A stretch of DNA of 63,416 nt, filler included, from Ministeria vibrans ATCC 50519 (taxonomy: Eukaryota; Protista; Filasterea), in the NCBI GenBank assembly GCA_943704425.1. It is 10 parts of 10 records of this genome, joined end to end, with 100 filler letters (N's around TTAATTAATTAA, not from the genome) between each part and the next. Parts side by side here need not be neighbours in the genome. Positions count along the whole stretch, not along the records: positions 1 to 6,757 come from CALSCP010001811.1; positions 6,858 to 9,043 come from CALSCP010000782.1; positions 9,144 to 10,527 come from CALSCP010000975.1; positions 10,628 to 30,687 come from CALSCP010001943.1; 6 more parts are not named here. The stretch is one strand, 5' to 3'. Position 1 is the stretch's first letter. Every line of letters starts with the position of its first letter. This document shows, in pieces, positions 1 through 10,744 of the stretch. The notes below the pieces were generated by a model that made no database searches, was not told where the DNA came from, and was given only the letters and a program-made list of their open reading frames with translations. A program made the position numbers and the translations under genes.

Positions 1-12
1 TTTTTTTTGCAG

Positions 13-180
13 GATATCTATCACAAGGCCTACTCGATGATTGAACGGTTCTTCTCGGTGGGCGAGGGTGGCGATGGAGATGTCGTGCCAACACAAGACA
101 ATCGATTTGTCTTTGACCCGTCTGCCAACTATGACAGTGCCCCCCCGTCCGACGACCCGCGCCCCAACTTCAACTTTTGA
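13..180 (+). CDS. Importin-alpha (karyopherin alpha), last exon
   Basis: After a ttttgcag acceptor it reads DIYHKAYSMIERFFS...PTQDNRFVFD...PNFNF*, matching the importin-alpha C-terminus (IYxKAxxxIExxF ... FxF). Not in the ORF track. Confidence 0.8.
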   Translation, partial: DIYHKAYSMIERFFSVGEGGDGDVVPTQDNRFVFDPSANYDSAPPSDDPRPNFNF

Positions 181-387
181 TACGGCTTCGTCCATTTTCA
201 AGTTTGAGCCCCAACCCCGTCCCCTCCCTTCCCTGCCCCGAATTGTCCCATTCCCAATCGACCTAACCCAAGCCAACCAACCAACCAACCAACCAACCGA
301 CCCCATGCAACCCCAATAAAAGAATTCCTTTTCCGATTCCCTCCCACCAACAAAAGATTCAGAAATACAAGTATGTGTACATGTGCT

Positions 388-2892
388 TTACAAGGCATCC
401 AAGAGACCCTCCGCGCCAATCACAAGTGAATGAGACCAGCTAGTGGTGGGAGAGCGACGGGCGCGGTCAAGGATAAGGGTACGATGTGGCGTGTGGGGGC
501 CGGTGGACGGGGCAAGGGAAAGACGCACATGCGCAACGGATGCCCACACAGCACCCAGGGCAGGCTTCCATGGCACTGTACCACCGATCTGCACCTCACC
601 TGCGCCCGGCTGCATTGATCGAAGAACTGTACTATTCGTCATCTACGATTTGAAGAGCACGTGAGAGAGTGCGAGCAGGACCACGCGTGTGCGACTTTCG
701 TACAAAGACGGCAAGGTGCTTGTCGACGGCGAGTGAGCGCACAAGACGCCCTAGTTGTGCTACAAGGGCGTGACCTGAGTGAAGATGGGGTTTGAGAAGA
801 CGTATGAATAAAGGTCACGGGAAAGGAATACCATGGGAACGTGCACTGCCCACCACCGAGCGTAAGACTGACGATGGTGAGTCGACCACAAGCACATGGG
901 GCACGTCCGAGAGAGAGTCCTACAACAAACATGTCGATCAGGTCTTCAATAACACAGGGAGAAGAAAGCACGAACGGGGTCTTCAAGCTGGGCAACAAGA
1001 CTCTCGAGAGTAGCAATCATGCAAAAGGCGTCGTAGCAAGGAATCACGTGCACTCGCCCAAGTGCCTCCGCCATTGCCTACGGAAAAACACACAAAGAGA
1101 ATCAATGCAACAAAGAACATTATTATTATGATTAATCATTTGTTCTCACTGCCGCTTCAATAGGGTGCCCATGTCCGTCGGTGACACTCTGTCGCATTAT
1201 TTCTGTGAGACGAGAGACGGAAAAAGCACTGCCGGTGTCGAGCCAGTGGACACGTAGAGGTCGTGGAGCACAGATGGCGCGCACGGTTAAGTCATGGCAC
1301 AGTTGCGTTTTACCTGCAGCACTGGGACCAACTACTTCGACTACCTCGCCCGCATAAATCCCACCGGCGAGTGCGTCATTAAGACTAAAAGAAAAAACAA
1401 AGCAAAAATAACAAAAAAATAATTAACATTAACTACTGATAAGAGGTGAAATAGAAGAACAGTGATGAATTCACGCCGATTAATGAGATTCATCAATATA
1501 ATTACTATAATATTATTACGCCTTGTATTTTTTTTGCCATACGCACAAAACAAAGCACACCCAAAGACGAGTTAACAAAGAGATACAAATACTGTCATAA
1601 GAGTCTTTCAAATGTATTAACTATTAACGCAGAACACTGACATTAACAATTAGAAGAATAAGAAGAATACAACCCATTTAGTAATGACATTAACAATTAG
1701 AAGAAGAAGAAACCCATCAACATGAGCCTTTTGATGACATTTACAATTAGAGGAACAATACAGCCCATCAACAATTAGAAAAAGACCCGTCATGCATGAC
1801 TTTCAATTCGCTTTTGCAACAAGTTTGTTGAAAACATGAGCCTTTTGATGACATTTACAATTAGAGGAACAATACAGCCCATCAACAATTAGAAAAAGAC
1901 CCGTCATGCATGACTTTCAATTCGCTTTTGCAACAAGTTTGTTGAAAACATGAGCCTTTTGATGACATTTACAATTAGAGGAACAATACAGCCCATCAAC
2001 AATTAGAAAAAGACCCGTCATGCATGACTTTCAATTCGCTTTTGCAACAAGTTTGTTGAAAACATGAGCCTTTTGATGACATTTACAATTAGAGGAACAA
2101 TACAGCCCATCAACAATTAGAAAAAGACTCAACATTCATGACTTTCAATTCGCTTTTGCAACAAGCTTGTTGAAAAACATGAGCCTTTTGGTATCCATTT
2201 CTGAAAACACTCAAACCAGCAATTGACGCAAATTCATCCTAACCGATATCATGGCTTGACTGGCATCATTATGAATAGTATTGAAGACAAAGAATACAGC
2301 ATTTCTCGGCTCAGGAGAAAAGAGTCGAAGTGCAGCACATACAATAACAATAAAACATTCTATCCTTAATATGAGAAAGAATACAAGCCCAATCCCCTTA
2401 GGAGAAACCCGTATCATTGTTATGCTTATATGGTTTGAGGCGTGAGTGGCCTTTGCGTGACGGGCACTACAACAAATGACTCCTCTCTGTGCAAGTCGTA
2501 CCCATTGCTGGCAAACGAGAGGAGGGCGACGTCCTGTTGAAGGCTGGTATCGTCGTCGTAGAGACTTGCAGCGGTCTGAAAGAGGGCGCTGTGGTCGCGC
2601 AATAGAACGGTAAGAATTGCGTCGAGATCCTGCAAAAAAGAAAAAGAAAATGAAGAGAAATAATCGACCGGTGTGACGATAGAAGCGGCCTGCCTTAGTG
2701 CCAAGACCAGTGGAGCGAATTAACCCATCGCGATCGGCGCAGACGAAGTCTTCCACTGCAAGAGAACGCGTTGGGTTGAGTGACGCGAAACAGAACGAGA
2801 GCAAGAATGAAACCAGATTTGATTCCTGCCGCTTTCACGCGATGCAAAAACTGTGCGCAAGGGGTTTGACCAAGGCCGCTGGCTATTCTCAT
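388..2892 (-). CDS. RAD51D: RAD51 paralog D, multi-exon
   Basis: Spliced N-terminus GIKS|VEDFVCADRDGLIRSTGLGTK|DLDAILTVLLRDHSA. The exon at ~1150-1384 reads LNDALAGGIYAGEVVEVVGPSAAGKTQLC (Walker A)...WLDTGSAFSVSRL. C-terminal KPALGAVWASVAHVRLSL matches RAD51D KPALGRSW. Confidence 0.85.
1721..2190. repeat. 114-bp tandem repeat, about 4 copies, inside the large RAD51D intron
   Basis: The unit catgagccttttgatgacatttacaattagagg...gtttgttgaaaa recurs at 1721, 1835, 1949 and 2063, with a partial copy at ~2178. Confidence 0.95.
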
Positions 2893-3668
2893 GATAAGTA
2901 ACTAAAAAATGTGCAAATCGATTAAATAATCGGAGAAGAAGACTGAGACTGAAGACATAATTTCAATCACAAACGAAAAGCGACAACACAAACCGATCAG
3001 AACTCAGAAGACATATTCACTTTCTTAGCTAAGTTAACTGACTACCGATCAACCAAAACTCTAGGCTGAACATGATTTCTGGGCCTGGTACAAAGTGACC
3101 CCCGATTCATAGCGAACATTTGACTGTTTCACAGTTTGTTTCAACTTACTCACACAATTTCTCTGACTGTTCCCGCCACAGTTGACAGTAAGCAATCAAC
3201 TAGGAGCCGTGGTCCGGCGCTGTATTGTTCGGTGTGTAATTGATGTATATCGCTGCATTATCTGAACGCGATTATTCCTTTTAAGTCGCTTACGAGTTAG
3301 TTTCCTGCCAACCAGGTGCTTACTTTAGCACACAGTGAACGCCTGTGACCTGTCTATGATCTGCGTTAATGTCTGTTACTTTGCATTTGCTGGCTTGTTC
3401 GCGCAAGGCATTCTCGCCTATTTTGTTAAAAATTAGAAAAAGAAGATTTTAATTCTACACATCTTTCCAACAACAAAAATGATAGTATATGTCTGTCGCC
3501 AATGTAGCACCGTACGACATATAGTGCTAGAGTTAGTCTACTGTAGTTGACTGAACCATGATCGTGGTGATGATGACCGAAATGTGAATGCGGGGACAAT
3601 ATAAGGATGTTGATAATTGTGAATTCTCCGAATTTTCCCAGTAGCGTCTAAGAAGAACGAAAACCACG

Positions 3669-4043
3669 ATGGCTTTCCCGAATCACAACACTCACTTTTG
3701 CGTTAAGAACCTCAACGGGACAAGTGGACCGCGGTATGTGTCGAGCCAGTCAAAGTCGGAGAGCTCTTGGCTGAAGGTATTATTATCTGCCAATTGTTTC
3801 AGTTTGTTTGTTTCCTTAATGGGTTTTCAGGTGTGGCGTACGCATACTAACTCCACCAGGGCAACATGTTGTGTTCGTGGGTGCTCGCGAGATGATTTGG
3901 TCGGCGGACATGTCATCAAGACAGACTCTCGTTCATCCAACGAATGGTGGCTCGCTCCAATTTGCAAGGGACACAACCACTATTCGAATACGGACGGAAT
4001 GTGGATCGATCAGCGTGTTCAGCTCGTAAAGTTGCGTGTTTAA
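3669..4043 (+). CDS. Small Cys/His-rich protein, putative HNH/His-Me finger-like; one 54-nt intron (3777-3830)
   Basis: Removing the in-frame GT..AG intron gives VKNLNGTS...SWLK|VWRTHTNSTRATCCVRGCSRDDLVGGHV...WWLAPICKGHNH. Confidence 0.6.
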   Translation: MAFPNHNTHFCVKNLNGTSGPRYVSSQSKSESSWLKVLLSANCFSLFVSLMGFQVWRTHTNSTRATCCVRGCSRDDLVGGHVIKTDSRSSNEWWLAPICKGHNHYSNTDGMWIDQRVQLVKLRV

Positions 4044-4163
4044 AACAAACATAAAAATCTTGTAGTCCTAGCGTTTCGACATCAATGAGATCGCTGACCT
4101 ACGAATTTCGGTAGTCTTCTTAATCCATGACAAGCACAAGAAGGGTCAAGCAAGGGAAACGAG

Positions 4164-5906
4164 ATGAAAAGTCAAGGGTTTGTCGAATCAATTTTTGAAG
4201 TTGGTGGGCTGTCGTCGTCAAATTCAAAACGACACGTCGCCTTTTTGAGGCGTACAATAGAAATATCAATCGGCATTTCTTCAGGTTTCAGTTGTTTTTA
4301 TACAAGTTACAATCATTTTAAAGACCTCCCAACTCCCCATCATTACTTCAGGAATCACGATACTTCCCAGTTACCACTCACTCACTCACCAGTAGCGAAT
4401 ACAGTCATCGATTATGCGTACTACCCAAAAAATATTCCGCCCTTTCAAGCATTAATAATTGTTGATCAACTTCTTTTTCTTTTTCCAGAGTTCGACTACG
4501 TCTCAGCCAACCCCGTCGACGACGAACTCTTGTGTGGCATCTGTCGTCAACCTCTTGTTGAACCTCGTGAACTCGCGCCATGCAACCACATGTTCTGCGA
4601 CGAGTGTTTGCAGCGAGCGATTGCCGAAAAGCATTCTTGTCCGCTCGATCACCGGCCCATTGAGCCACGCGAAGACATCAAGGACGTGAGCAAACTAGTC
4701 GTCCAACTCTTGTCCAAACCCAAAGTGTACTGTGTCAATCGCAAACACGGGTGTGACTGGAATGGACCGAGGGGACTCCTTTTGCCGGACCATCGTCCTC
4801 AATGCGAACACACTCCGTGCCAGAACGCCACGAAAGGCTGCTCCTGGACGGGGCTTTCTTCTGCCGTGAGTAACCACGTCGACAGAGAGTGCCCTGCGGC
4901 AGTTGTGCGGTGCCAGTTTGCAAGCGTAGGGTGCAGTGAGAGTGTGCGACGAGACGCACTGCCGAGACACGTTACGGAGTGTGCTGTTGGCGCTCGACAC
5001 ACAGCGCAAGAGGCACACGCACGCCGCGTCGAGGCACGCAAGAGCGCCTGTGCACGTCTCAACCCCAAGGCACGCGAGGTGGTTGCTCTCGACGTGGGTG
5101 GTCGTCTGTTCAAAACGACACTGACGACACTGCGAAGCGAACCGCAGTCGCTGCTGGCACAGTTGTTCAACGAAGAGCAGCACAAGCTCGAGACCGACGA
5201 GTTCAATCGCGTGTCTCTTGATTGCGATGGTGACGCCTTTGCACATGTGCTTCAGTGGCTGCGATTCCGTGTCATTCCGAGCGACGGGAACTGCGAGACA
5301 CTCGCGAGTGTGTTTGCTGTGGCGAAAGCGCTCGAGCTCGATGAGCTTTTGGAGGCCATTGGAAACGAGTCAAAAGAGCAAGAGGAAGAGAATGAGGAGG
5401 CGCCTGTGACAGCGCGCAAGGTGAGGCAAGTCGAGTTGCTTCAGCTAGTACGGGACGTGCACCCAAACACGTCTCTGAATCTGTCTGGATTGGACTTGCG
5501 CGGGTGCACATTCTACGGACTCGGTCTGTCGGGCTGTCCAAGATTCGTCGGTGCAAATATGAGTGGAATGGATCTTCGACACCTGAAGTTGAGTAGGGCG
5601 TGGATGCCGAGTGCCGATCTGTCTGGTGCAGATTTGAGTGGCGCAGACCTTTCACGAGCAAATCTCTCAGGCGCAAATCTAATGGGTGCAAACCTGACAG
5701 GAACGGACCTGACAGGGGCAAACGTGAAAAACGCCAGACTGGATGAAGAAGTGGTGGTCCCATCCGAGCCTCAGACGGCCCAACAGCCCCATCCACAACA
5801 ATTCAGACAACCCAGGCAATCAGCTTCATCGACTTGTAAACCCGTTTTCGCATTTGGGACACAGCCAGTTTTCGGTGCTCCTCCATTGAAACACAAAAAA
5901 TTATGA
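4164..5906 (+). CDS. RING-HC + TRAF-type zinc fingers + BTB (KCTD type) + pentapeptide-repeat protein; true start uncertain (acceptor at ~4488)
   Basis: RING CGICRQPLVEP..PCNHMFCDECL..CPLDH; TRAF fingers VYCVNRKHGCDWNG and CQFASVGCSESVRR; BTB VVALDVGGRLFKTTLTTLRSEPQSLL..DCDGDAFAHVLQWLR; repeats ADLSG/ANLSG/ANLTG. Confidence 0.85.
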   Translation: MKSQGFVESIFEVGGLSSSNSKRHVAFLRRTIEISIGISSGFSCFYTSYNHFKDLPTPHHYFRNHDTSQLPLTHSPVANTVIDYAYYPKNIPPFQALIIVDQLLFLFPEFDYVSANPVDDELLCGICRQPLVEPRELAPCNHMFCDECLQRAIAEKHSCPLDHRPIEPREDIKDVSKLVVQLLSKPKVYCVNRKHGCDWNGPRGLLLPDHRPQCEHTPCQNATKGCSWTGLSSAVSNHVDRECPAAVVRCQFASVGCSESVRRDALPRHVTECAVGARHTAQEAHARRVEARKSACARLNPKAREVVALDVGGRLFKTTLTTLRSEPQSLLAQLFNEEQHKLETDEFNRVSLDCDGDAFAHVLQWLRFRVIPSDGNCETLASVFAVAKALELDELLEAIGNESKEQEEENEEAPVTARKVRQVELLQLVRDVHPNTSLNLSGLDLRGCTFYGLGLSGCPRFVGANMSGMDLRHLKLSRAWMPSADLSGADLSGADLSRANLSGANLMGANLTGTDLTGANVKNARLDEEVVVPSEPQTAQQPHPQQFRQPRQSASSTCKPVFAFGTQPVFGAPPLKHKKL

Positions 5907-5934
5907 AAATACAACTTTAATAATTGCTCTGATG

Positions 5935-6640
5935 CCGGTCCAAAGAGTGATTGATGCCGTCCAACAGAGACTGATAGATGGAACAGACTTGGTGGAGATG
6001 GTTTGGGAGTGCAAATCTGAGCGATTATGAGCGAGCGTGTTTGCCCCTCTCACGTACTTCCTTCCAGTCACATACATTGCAATAGTATCTGTTTCTTTTT
6101 CTGACTGACTGTCTCGCTGATTGCGTCCTCTCACTACATTGAAATTAGCTTTTTAATCAAAACAACGAGAATTAATATTGTGTGTATTTTTTTAGATGAA
6201 GCAAGACTTACAGAGAGAGAGAGAGGAGAAGAAGTAGAACGAACATCTTACAACGAGCGAAACACCCTGGACACCCGGGACAACACTGCACGCTGGATGC
6301 TATCTTATTCCTTTGTTTTCCTGTTTTAATATAATTAATTAGGGAATAAATTTAATAATAATTAATAATAATTATAATAATTATATATTTTTATTATTAT
6401 TATCATTATTAACGTGTTATTATAATTATTATTATTATATTCTAGAGTATTGTTTCAGAGAATAAGCAAGTGCGAGAGATTGGGAGTGAGCAAGAGATGT
6501 CAACAGAGAAAAGGCGAGTGACAGGCAAGGAGTGAACGAGAGAGACAAACAGAGGCGGGTAGACATGGAGTGAGTGAGGGTGACTGAGTGACAACAGACG
6601 TATCTAAGAGACAAGTGACATGTAAAACAAATAAGACCAT
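5935..6640. repeat. Copy of a dispersed modular repeat family also present at 30788-34260
   Basis: 5935-6025 is the reverse complement of ~32373-32457; 6040-6150 matches 33741-33850 directly; 6250-6630 is an inverted copy of ~30820-31140. Confidence 0.8.
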
Positions 6641-6757
6641 GCGGGGGTGAAGCGGACATTCCGAGATAAGATTGATACTGTCGGTTGTGTCGGGATTGCG
6701 CTGCGATTATTCATGTTGACGAGTGCACACAGTAGACAGTGTTGCATAAATTGCGAC

Positions 6758-6857
6758 NNNNNNNNNNNNNNNNNNNNNNNNNNNNNNNNNNNNNNNNNNN
6801 NTTAATTAATTAANNNNNNNNNNNNNNNNNNNNNNNNNNNNNNNNNNNNNNNNNNNN
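6758..6857. other. Artificial contig-joining spacer (N44-TTAATTAATTAA-N44). Others at 9044, 10528, 30688, 35469, 54134, 55757, 58955 and 61108
   Basis: Identical 100-nt spacers whose core has stop codons in all six frames. Confidence 0.98.
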
Positions 6858-7814
6858 CGACTGGAGCCGAAGAGGGGAAGGGATGTGTCTGTGCATGCAG
6901 AGATGGATCGACTGGAGCCGAAGAGGGGAAGGGATGTGTCTGTGCATGCAGAGATGGATCGACTGGCGGCGGATGTGGTTGCACGGGCGCGAGAACGACT
7001 GGCGAAGGTTCGGGCGAATGCAGAAGAGGAACGGAGGCAACGGAGTGCGTATGAGGAAATTGATGGAGAGTGTGAGGAAGAGGAAGAAAGTGAAAGAAGC
7101 ACCCATGTTAGTAATGAGGAAGAAGTGGATGCGGATGCGATGCTGATGGGAATGCTTGGACTGAGCGTGCGGCAGAGTCGAGATGACATGGTGGAAGAGG
7201 AAGTGTCGGAGGAAGAGGAGACGGAGGAAGAGCGCACTGAGCGGTTGTTTCAGCTGTCATTTGTGGCCGATCCAACCGCTCCGAGTGTGTCAGGACCATT
7301 CAATGTTGCTGACATGCTTGGACGCACTCCGAAACGGAGCACGCGCGAGATGCTGCTGGATCTACTGACCCCCGCGCCCATGCAGGAGTCGTCTTTTTTG
7401 ATGTCACAGTCGCCAACCAACGACGATGAGATCTGTGTGACGCCTGTTGCGTCACCTTCTGCATCCACATCAACGCACGACCAGGGCACGCAGCGCAAGT
7501 CATCGCGTCTGAGCAAGAGTCGCACGTGTAGCACTCGAAAGCGAACGGACGCGAGTGGGGCGCGACGTAGTGGCAGTCGCACGATGACAGTGCCCTCGTA
7601 CGAAGGATACCCCGAGTCAGTCGAAGGGAGCAGTAGTGGTGAGGGAGACACGCAGAAGAAGGTTCCAGTGGGCGACACCAAGCGACGACTTATTTTTACG
7701 GAAGGCGAGCACGCCGAGACGACCACCAGTCGTCTGAGCTCGCCCGACAACAGTCTCAACGAGTTGCTCTTTCAGTCCAATGCGGATGATGCTGATGACT
7801 GGCGTCTCGTCTAA
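6858..7814 (+). CDS. 3' part of an acidic, disordered protein of unknown function; begins with a 51-bp tandem duplication
   Basis: Open frame from the contig edge; LEPKRGRDVSVHAEMDR repeated; E-rich, S/TP sites and a KRRLIF motif. Confidence 0.5.
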   Translation, partial: RLEPKRGRDVSVHAEMDRLEPKRGRDVSVHAEMDRLAADVVARARERLAKVRANAEEERRQRSAYEEIDGECEEEEESERSTHVSNEEEVDADAMLMGMLGLSVRQSRDDMVEEEVSEEEETEEERTERLFQLSFVADPTAPSVSGPFNVADMLGRTPKRSTREMLLDLLTPAPMQESSFLMSQSPTNDDEICVTPVASPSASTSTHDQGTQRKSSRLSKSRTCSTRKRTDASGARRSGSRTMTVPSYEGYPESVEGSSSGEGDTQKKVPVGDTKRRLIFTEGEHAETTTSRLSSPDNSLNELLFQSNADDADDWRLV

Positions 7815-8133
7815 TCCATTATAATTTCTGAACCCGTCGAAGTATCTCAAAAAAGTAAATAAACAATGTAGACACAATAGTAACAAATAATAAAAAAAAT
7901 TTAATAATAACAATAATAATAACGATAATAACAATAATAATATAAAAATAATAATAATGATAATAATAATTAATCGTTTCATTTCATGGATATGGTAACG
8001 TACAATACTCTTTTATTTCTCGCTGATTTACGTTTTCTTCTCTCTCCCTCTCGCTCAAAAAAGCCAAAACAAAGATTGCTCGCAGCAAAGGAAAAAGGGA
8101 TAACTGTTACGACGTGTGTAGGAGGAGCGCACC

Positions 8134-8935
8134 TCACATGCGGGGAGGACCGCGGTCACGGAAGGACATGAACTTGTTGCGGCGAATGAGATCGTCGAGG
8201 GCGCCGTCGTAGATCTGGTCAATCTTCTGGTTGACGAGCGCCTCGGGTGCCTCGTCTTCTTCGTCACTTTCAGCACCCTCTGCCCCCTGATCAGCCAGGT
8301 GGGCGACGCTCTTGGCATGCATCGCCCCTTGCTTGGCCGCTGCAACCGACGCAACACTCGCTCCGATCATGTTCGCCTCGCTCTTCATGGGGTCCTTGCC
8401 CGCACCAGCCCCGGCCGCGCCAGACGCCCCGCCGCCCCCTTTGCCCTTGTGCAGCTCTTGTAGCGCCTGCAGTGCCTGTGCTTTGGCAAGTGCCTTGTCT
8501 GCCTTGGCATTTTCCAACACAGCTTTCTACAAATGTATTTGTCAGCATTGGCGGATCAAATTTGAGAGAGAGTGCATCACGTACGTCCCAGTTCTCCATA
8601 AATCGCGTAAAGCACGAGAAGAACTCGTTTGCATCGAGTTTTTGAGGATCATCCCCAAAGTGGCGCACAACACGCGAATACATTTCCATCATTTGCTGAT
8701 GATCCGCTTCCAAATCAAGCACCTTTTGAAGGTTTGCCTCGTAGAAATGCTGAAAGGAACAACAAAAAAAAGAAATGATTACTTCAACATACACATCAAA
8801 TTGGTGTGAGCTTGTACGTTGATTCGAGTGTTCTCGCGCTGCAAATCACGCTCCTTTCCGACAAGCCCAAGTCCCCGACGCAGATCAGCAACGGCCGACG
8901 ACAAAATCGGAAGAGACACTGTAGAAACCATTTTT
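8134..8935 (-). CDS. Formin, C-terminal FH2 region plus DAD-like tail (partial)
   Basis: Exons VSLPILSSAVADLRRGLGLV and FYEANLQKVLDLE..MYSRVVRHFGDDPQKLDANEFFSCFTRFMENW, ending with DAD-like DGALDDLIRRNKFMSFRDR. Confidence 0.8.
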
Positions 8936-9143
8936 AGTTGCAAAACAAGTAACAGAGTAAATTTTCATGGCACACACACTAACACGAAGCACACACACAA
9001 ACAAAAAAAAACAAAAAAAAACAAAAAAAAAAACAAAAAAAAANNNNNNNNNNNNNNNNNNNNNNNNNNNNNNNNNNNNNNNNNNNNTTAATTAATTAAN
9101 NNNNNNNNNNNNNNNNNNNNNNNNNNNNNNNNNNNNNNNNNNN

Positions 9144-10111
9144 GCACATGGCTGTCTCTTCCACGAAGAAGAAGCTGAAGGAAGCGTTCTCTCAGAAGCT
9201 CGCTGCCACCATGTATGAAACCCACCTTGCCGAGATCGAGAGGCTCAACGCCACCACTACCGAACATCTCGTCCGCGCACCCATGATCGAGGACCCCGAA
9301 ACGAAGGAGTACCACGCAACAGCGACGAGCATTCTCGACGATGTGTTGTCAGCGCCCATCACCGGTGACATTGCCGATCATTTCAAGCAGCGCGCCAAGA
9401 AACGACAACTCGAGACAATCAACTGCACAACAACAACAGCTGCTGGCGATGACACCGATGGCGACGCGTGCCCAAAGCGCTCGAGGACTGCCAACTCTAC
9501 ACCCTTCAACGACTTTTCAGGACTCGAGCAGGCGGAGTGGCTGGGCAAGGCGAAGGTGGCGCTTGACGACGAGGTGGACAAGTACTTCAAAGACAAGCGC
9601 CCAGACATTGTACGCGCCGGCTACAACGTTGCTGCTGCTGATATGGCCCTGGAGTGGTGGTGGCAGAACCGCACCGTGTATCCCCACCTTTGCCAGCTCG
9701 CCTATGCGTACCTCTGTATGCCAGCCAGCAGTTTGATGGGCGGGCGCTTGTTCAGTAGCGGAGGGCGCGTCGCGACACCCTTCCGCGCTGGTCGCCTGTC
9801 CGACCGAACGCTACGCGCCTTGGTGTACTTGCGCAGCAACGGATGGCGTTTCCGTGACGTCGACAGCGAGACTGCGGCGACAGAATGAGGCGGACTTTTT
9901 ATTATTATTATTAAGAAGAAATTTTACGACTTTTTTTTTCGACACTTGATCAGAACACAATCAGTACACAATCAGAACACAATCAGTCATGAGCATCCGA
10001 CCAGAACCAAACCACACATTTGGGCAATCAGATCAGTCACTCAAGCAATCAGACCAGACATCTGGGCAATCAGATCAGAACGACTGTTCTGGTCTGATCG
10101 GGCAAACCCTA
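9144..10111 (+). mobile_element. 3' end of a hAT DNA transposon (transposase dimerisation domain to 9888, subterminal repeats, probable TIR ending ...GCAAACCCTA)
   Basis: EVDKYF..ALEWWWQNRTVYPHLCQLAYAYLCMPASSLMGGRLFSSGG..RLSDRTLRALVYLRSN is the hAT dimerisation motif. Repeated (gc)aatcaga motifs lie at 9950-10080, and the terminal CCCTA is the complement of the TAGGG start of many hAT TIRs. Confidence 0.85.
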
Positions 10112-10153
10112 CCTCTGGTAAATCGAATCTTCAAATCTTCGAATTTTCGAATC

Positions 10154-10179
10154 TTAGGGTTAGGGTTAGGGTTGGGGTT
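10154..10179 (+). repeat. Interstitial telomere-type repeat (TTAGGG)3 TTGGGG TT
   Basis: Read directly from the sequence. Confidence 0.9.
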
Positions 10180-10527
10180 CACCAGGGCAAGGTCGACCGG
10201 GAGTCTGGCCATGAGTGGGTCAGGAGTGTGACAAGTAAGGTGGAGTGGAACGTCCGTCGTTTTCTTGTGCGTCTATGCTGTGGTCAATTGCCATGCGTTG
10301 CGGTGCAAAAGGAGCGGAAGCTACGGGACTCAGCGTTGTGTCCCGAATGTGGCGACGAAGATGAAGATGTGGACCACATGTTTGCGTGCACTGCGTCTGG
10401 GGTTAGTGCTATAGAGCTCGCCCTGGACGTACTACAGGCAGGCTTTCAAGAATGGTTGAAGGATGCGTCACAGGATGGTGCGAATGCGCAGGTTGCACTG
10501 TGGCTTGTGCCGTTTCAAGTGATGCGT
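10180..10527 (+). mobile_element. Non-LTR retrotransposon fragment (zf-RVT-like CCHC domain)
   Basis: RRFLVRLCCGQLPC...CPECGDEDEDVDHMFAC fits the C-x2-C..E...H..C motif found downstream of LINE reverse transcriptases. Confidence 0.65.
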
Positions 10528-10631
10528 NNNNNNNNNNNNNNNNNNNNNNNNNNNNNNNNNNNNNNNNNNNNTTAATTAATTAANNNNNNNNNNNNNNNNN
10601 NNNNNNNNNNNNNNNNNNNNNNNNNNNAAAG

Positions 10632-10683
<52 letters not shown>

Positions 10684-10744
10684 TGATAGAGAAAGTATGT
10701 GTGATAGATAGAGAGAGACGTGACTCATACGTATGTGTGTGTAG

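Noticed and set aside
6758-6857. Recurrent TTAATTAATTAA motif flanked by Ns
   Set aside because: Artificial contig linker; ORFs crossing it and gene neighbourhoods across it are not biological.
7677-7700. KRRLIF cyclin-docking motif suggesting a CDK inhibitor
   Set aside because: A short motif in a disordered partial ORF with no CDI domain visible; insufficient for a call.
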